Of a stretch of DNA of 40,000 bases, positions 36,207 to 40,000 are shown piece after piece. The stretch's first letter is position 1. Each line of letters begins with the position of its first letter. This DNA comes from Pseudoluteimonas lycopersici (GTDB taxonomy: Bacteria > Pseudomonadota > Gammaproteobacteria > Xanthomonadales > Xanthomonadaceae). The position numbers were made by a program, and so were the translations under genes. The stretch spans positions 1,315,002 to 1,355,001 of the forward strand of contig NZ_CP041742.1 in NCBI RefSeq assembly GCF_007556775.1, in the 5' to 3' direction. The notes beneath the pieces are model-generated. The model was not told where the DNA came from. It did no database searches and saw only the letters and a list, made by a program, of their open reading frames with translations.

Positions 36207-36794
36207 ATGCGTTCCCCCCGCCCCGCGTTCCTGACCGGCCTGCTATTGCCCGCCTGCGCTGTGGCGTTGTCGACCGCGATCCCGGCGACGAGAGCGCATG
36301 CCGAAGTGCATCGCTGCACTGCGCCGAACGGCGAAAGCATTTACACCGACAAATCCTGCAGCGCCATCGGCGCCATCGACCGCCGGCCTCAGTCGGTGGC
36401 GGGACTGGCGGGCGCATCGCGGTTGTACCGCAGCAGTTGTTCGCGCACGCTGCAGGACCTGGTCTATGAACTGACGTCGGCGATCGACAACCGCGACGTC
36501 AACCGCCTCGCCGGCGTGTACGACTGGAACGGCATGTCGAGTTCCAGCGCCTTCAGGGTGATGGACCGGCTCGATGCGATCGCGCAGCGGCCGCTGGTCG
36601 ACGTGTTGCCGGTGATGCCGCGTGTGCCCGACGAGGACGGCACGCTTGTGGATGGCGAGTACTACCCGCAGGACGCGGTGCGCCGCGCGCCGGTCGGGTT
36701 GCGGCTGGAGCAGACCATCGGTACATCCGCCGCGCCATCGCGCACCGTGCTCGGCCTGCGCAAATACATGGATTGCTGGTGGGTGCGACTCTAG
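36207..36794 (+). CDS. Secreted DUF4124-like protein
   Basis: Signal peptide, then VHRCTAPNGESIYTDKSC, the DUF4124 N-terminal motif. Confidence 0.7.
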   Translation: MRSPRPAFLTGLLLPACAVALSTAIPATRAHAEVHRCTAPNGESIYTDKSCSAIGAIDRRPQSVAGLAGASRLYRSSCSRTLQDLVYELTSAIDNRDVNRLAGVYDWNGMSSSSAFRVMDRLDAIAQRPLVDVLPVMPRVPDEDGTLVDGEYYPQDAVRRAPVGLRLEQTIGTSAAPSRTVLGLRKYMDCWWVRL

Positions 36795-36854
36795 ATGCTA
36801 TCGCCAGAATCAAGCCATCCCCGCCAACGAAGCGGAATCGGTTTGAACGAATAG

Positions 36855-37115
36855 TCAGGCAAGAGGTTCTATGTCTGAAGGGAAAGCGGAGGCTTTGTCC
36901 CAATCCGATTCTGGGAAATCGTGCGGTACGTTTCTGCGGTACCAAGCGCGGTTCAGATGGGCGAAGACGTGTCCGAGATCAATGCGCAGCTCCTCTTCCC
37001 CGTATTCCGGGTTTTCGATGATTTCTTTCAGCAAGGTTCCAAGATGTTCTTGCGCGTCCGATAACTCGTAGAGCAGAAACGACCAGCCCATTGGATGTTC
37101 TTGGCGATTGATCAT
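36855..37115 (-). CDS. Small acidic hypothetical protein (86 aa) in a low-GC islet
   Basis: ATG at 37115 is 11 nt downstream of the ilvE stop on the same strand. Sequence: MINRQEHPMGWSFLLYELSDAQEHLGTLLKEIIENPEYGEEELRIDLGHVFAHLNRAWYRRNV. The Shine-Dalgarno is weak. I recognise no family. Confidence 0.4.
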   Translation of the reverse strand: MINRQEHPMGWSFLLYELSDAQEHLGTLLKEIIENPEYGEEELRIDLGHVFAHLNRAWYRRNVPHDFPESDWDKASAFPSDIEPLA

Positions 37116-37126
37116 GTTTCTGCTGC

Positions 37127-38233
37127 CTAACGAAGTTTGACCAACCAACCATGGCGGTCGGGAACGCGGCCGTACTGGATGTCGGTCAATTCCTTGCGGA
37201 TCGCCATCGTGACCTCGCCTGCCGGGGCGTTGATGTCGCCGATCGAAAAGCCTTCGCCCTTCAATTCGCCGATGGGCGTGACCACCGCGGCGGTACCGCA
37301 GGCGAAGGCTTCGGCGATGTCGCCCGATGCCACGCCATCCCTCCATTCGTCGATGGAGACCTTGCGCTCCTCCACCCGCAGGCCGCGATCGCGGGCCAGT
37401 TGCAGGATGCTGGAGCGGGTGACGCCCTCGAGGATGCTGCCCGACAGTTCCGGGGTGACGATGCGGCCATCCTTGTAGACGAGGAACACGTTCATGCCGC
37501 CGAGCTCCTCCAGGTATTTTTCCTCGACCGGATCGAGGAACAGCACCTGCGAGCAGCCCTGCGCCCTGGCTTCCTGCTGTGGCAGCAGCGAGGCGGCGTA
37601 GTTGCCGCCGCACTTGGCCGCACCGGTTCCACCCCTAGCCGCGCGCGCGTAGTGCTGCGACAGCCAGATCGACACCGGTGCGACGCCTTTCGAGAAATAG
37701 GCGCCGGCCGGGCTGGCGATGACGAGGTAGGAAACCGTGTTCGCCGCGCGCACGCCGAGGAAGGCTTCGGTGGCGATCATGAACGGGCGGAAGTACAGGC
37801 TGGTTTCCGGCGCCCACGGCACCCAGTCGTGGTCGATGGCGATCAGCTGGCGCAGCGATTCGACGAACTCGGACTCCGGCAACTGCGGCAACGCCAGCCG
37901 CGCGGCGGAATGCTGCATGCGCCGGGCATTGGCATGCGGACGGAAAGTCCAGATGGAACCGTCGGCGTGGCGATAGGCCTTGATGCCTTCGAAGATTTCC
38001 TGGCCGTAATGCAGCACCGCCGCGGCCGGATCCAGCGACAACGGGCCGTAGCCGCGCACCTGCGCATCGTGCCAGCCGCGTGCCTTGTCCCACTCGATCG
38101 CGACCATGTGGTCGGTGAAGATATTGCCGAAGCCGAGTTCGCCGCCGAGGATCGCCGCGCGCTGCTCGGCGCTGCGGGCGTGGTCGGATGGCGTCACGCG
38201 CCAGGCCAGCGGGGCGGCGGTGGGGGCATTCAT
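37127..38233 (-). CDS. ilvE: Branched-chain amino acid aminotransferase (long, class IV type)
   Basis: ATG at 38233 follows GAGGA. FTDHMVAIEWD...YGQEIFEGIKAYR...GGTGAAKCGGNYAASL. Confidence 0.92.
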   Translation of the reverse strand: MNAPTAAPLAWRVTPSDHARSAEQRAAILGGELGFGNIFTDHMVAIEWDKARGWHDAQVRGYGPLSLDPAAAVLHYGQEIFEGIKAYRHADGSIWTFRPHANARRMQHSAARLALPQLPESEFVESLRQLIAIDHDWVPWAPETSLYFRPFMIATEAFLGVRAANTVSYLVIASPAGAYFSKGVAPVSIWLSQHYARAARGGTGAAKCGGNYAASLLPQQEARAQGCSQVLFLDPVEEKYLEELGGMNVFLVYKDGRIVTPELSGSILEGVTRSSILQLARDRGLRVEERKVSIDEWRDGVASGDIAEAFACGTAAVVTPIGELKGEGFSIGDINAPAGEVTMAIRKELTDIQYGRVPDRHGWLVKLR

Positions 38234-38304
38234 GCGGGAATCCTCGGAAAACTTCGACGGCGCATTATCGCCGAAACGCGCAAGCGACCTCACCCGTGCC
38301 GCTT

Positions 38305-38366
38305 TGTGGGAGCGGCCTCCGGCCGCGATTGCTTTTCCTGCTGTCGCGGCTTAAGCCGCTCCTACA
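38305..38366. repeat. Palindromic REP-like element (second type): tgtgggagcggcctccggccgcga ... tcgcggcttaagccgctcctaca
   Basis: The two arms are reverse complements with a few changes, and each arm contains its own small hairpin. The right arm overlaps the histidine-kinase stop codon (38362-38364). Confidence 0.55.
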
Positions 38367-39690
38367 TCGGCGAAAACCGCAACGTCGCGACCACGCCGCG
38401 CACGTCGCCGGGCCGCACCTGCACGCTCCAGCCGTAGAGTTCGCACAGGCGGCGCACGATCGACAGGCCGATGCCGCCGCCTTGCGAATGCTCGGCGTGC
38501 GTGCCGCGGTAACCGCGTTCGAACAGCCGCGCCGCATCCTCGGCGCTGAGCCCGGGGCCGCTGTCCACCACTTCCACCGCGCCGGGCAGCAGCCGCACCA
38601 CCACTTCGCCCGAAGGCGTGTATTTCACCGCGTTGCCGACGAGGTTGCCGAGCGCGACGTTGATCGCCGACTCGGGCGCGTCCACGCGCTGTTCGATGCC
38701 GCCTTCTAGGCGCAGTTCCAGCGGCTTGCCGCCGAGCTGCGCGCGATGCGCATCGAGCAGTTGCTCCGCGACCTTGCCGACGTCGGTGCTGCCCGGCCCG
38801 CGTTCGTTGCGCGAGAGCAGCAACAACGCGCTGATCAGGTCGGTGCACTGGGCCTCGGCGCGCTGGATGCGCTGCAGGCGGCTACGGGTCTTGTCGTCGA
38901 GGTCGGACCGCGACAGCGACAGTTCCACCGCGCCCTTGATCACCGCCAGCGGCGTGCGCAGTTCGTGGCTGACGTCGGCGTTGAACTCGCGGTCGCGTTT
39001 CACCACCTCGGTCAGGCGCGAGGAATAGTCGTCCAGCGCCTTCGCCAGCTCGCCGACTTCGTCGTCCGGGAAGTGCGACGCCAGCGCGTCCGGTTGCGAA
39101 CTGCCGCCCGAAACGCGCAGGCGCTGCGCCAGTTCCGACACCGGGCTCATCACCCGGGAAGCGGCCCACCAACCGATCAGCAGCGACAGGCCCGTGAACA
39201 CGATCACCACGCCGATCAGCGCGTTGTTGAACTGGCGCTTGCCGAGCATCGACTGGCTCATGTCGTAGGCGAGGAAGAACCAGGTATCCGGCGTCTTGCG
39301 CACCGCCAGCTTGTAGGCGAACGGGGTTCCGTCCTCGTTGACGCCGCTCATGTTGTGGATGCCGTCGGAGAACGCGTACCAGTCCGGCTGCTCCACCCGC
39401 AACGCTTCGAAATTGTTCCTCGACACCACGCGGCCGCGGATCTGTTCCACGGGAACCGCAGGCTTTCTCTCGGGATCGGCGTAGTAACGGCGTGCGTATT
39501 CGTCGATGTTCCTGTTCATCACGTCCTCGACCAGCTGGTCCTCGACGCGCGCGCGCGCCCAGTTGGTCGTGATGGCGAGCATCAGCGTCAGGCCGAAGCC
39601 GAGCAGCAGGAACGAGAGGATGAGGCGGGTGCGCAGCCGCCGCCGATACTGCGTCTTGCGCCGCGGCGCGGCGCCGTCAGGCGTTGGCAT
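38362..39690 (-). CDS. Sensor histidine kinase (two TM, HAMP, HisKA, HATPase_c)
   Basis: H-box FNADVSHELRTPLAVIKG, N-box LGNLVGNAVKYT, G-box VVDSGPGL...GGIGLSIV. Confidence 0.9.
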   Translation of the reverse strand: MPTPDGAAPRRKTQYRRRLRTRLILSFLLLGFGLTLMLAITTNWARARVEDQLVEDVMNRNIDEYARRYYADPERKPAVPVEQIRGRVVSRNNFEALRVEQPDWYAFSDGIHNMSGVNEDGTPFAYKLAVRKTPDTWFFLAYDMSQSMLGKRQFNNALIGVVIVFTGLSLLIGWWAASRVMSPVSELAQRLRVSGGSSQPDALASHFPDDEVGELAKALDDYSSRLTEVVKRDREFNADVSHELRTPLAVIKGAVELSLSRSDLDDKTRSRLQRIQRAEAQCTDLISALLLLSRNERGPGSTDVGKVAEQLLDAHRAQLGGKPLELRLEGGIEQRVDAPESAINVALGNLVGNAVKYTPSGEVVVRLLPGAVEVVDSGPGLSAEDAARLFERGYRGTHAEHSQGGGIGLSIVRRLCELYGWSVQVRPGDVRGVVATLRFSPM

Positions 39691-40000
39691 CGGGCGCGGC
39701 GATGCGGTAGCCGATGCCGTGCCGGGTCTGGATCAGCGGCACTTCGAACGGTTTGTCGACCACCGCGCGCAGGCCGTGGATGTGCACGCGCAGCGAATCC
39801 GAATCCGGAAGTTCCTCGCCCCACACGCGGGTCTCGAGGTCCTGCCGGGTCACCACCGCGGGCGAGGCTTCCATCAATGCCTGCAGGATCTTCAGCGCGG
39901 TCGGGTTGAGCTGCAGCAACTTGCCCTGCCGCCGCACCTCGAGCGTGTCGAGGTTGTATTCGAGGTCGGCGACATCGAGCACGCGCGTCAGCGGCCCCTT
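39677..40000 (-). CDS. OmpR-family response regulator, C-terminal part only (runs off the right edge)
   Basis: Winged-helix output domain (LEVRRQGKLLQLNPTALKILQALM...VHIHGLRAVVDKPF...IQTRHGIGYRI). The frame stays open to position 40000. It overlaps the kinase start by 14 nt. Confidence 0.85.
   Translation of the reverse strand, partial: KGPLTRVLDVADLEYNLDTLEVRRQGKLLQLNPTALKILQALMEASPAVVTRQDLETRVWGEELPDSDSLRVHIHGLRAVVDKPFEVPLIQTRHGIGYRIAAPDANA

Overview
High-GC (about 70% in hand-counted lines) gammaproteobacterial chromosome segment. Gene content and REP types suggest Xanthomonadales/Rhodanobacter-like, which is inference only. Most of the window is housekeeping: gcvT-gcvH, qmcA-ybbJ, lemA plus an M48 peptidase, an ECF sigma/anti-sigma/PDZ operon, Fur-box hemP, a Mn riboswitch plus a UPF0016 exporter, nupG-rbsK, dusB, metK-[SAH riboswitch]-ahcY-metF, ilvE and a two-component system. 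The many long Arg/Ala/Pro-rich ORFs in the track are antisense or off-frame artefacts of the high GC. The clearest accessory signal is a 1.4-kb AT-rich islet (about 21.23-22.62 kb) with no mobility genes. It encodes a 301-aa soluble protein and an overlapping 155-aa four-TM protein. Their size, order, topology and, as far as I can recall the lambda sequences, colinear motifs resemble the RexA/RexB phage-exclusion pair. This is a candidate stand-alone sensor plus membrane-effector defence module and needs profile and structure confirmation. Other notable items follow. A REP/REPIN-like inverted-repeat family has six arms with compensatory stem changes: one doublet lies in frame inside the anti-sigma gene, one lies between ahcY and metF, and one pair brackets an AT-rich cassette with a 77-aa membrane ORF. 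There is an 854-nt structured non-coding gap next to a Lys/Ala-repeat histone H1-like gene. There is a degenerate GGQEF cyclase. Two further low-GC islets occur at 17.36-18.1 kb and 36.8-37.13 kb. No tRNA, rRNA, CRISPR array or transposase was seen.
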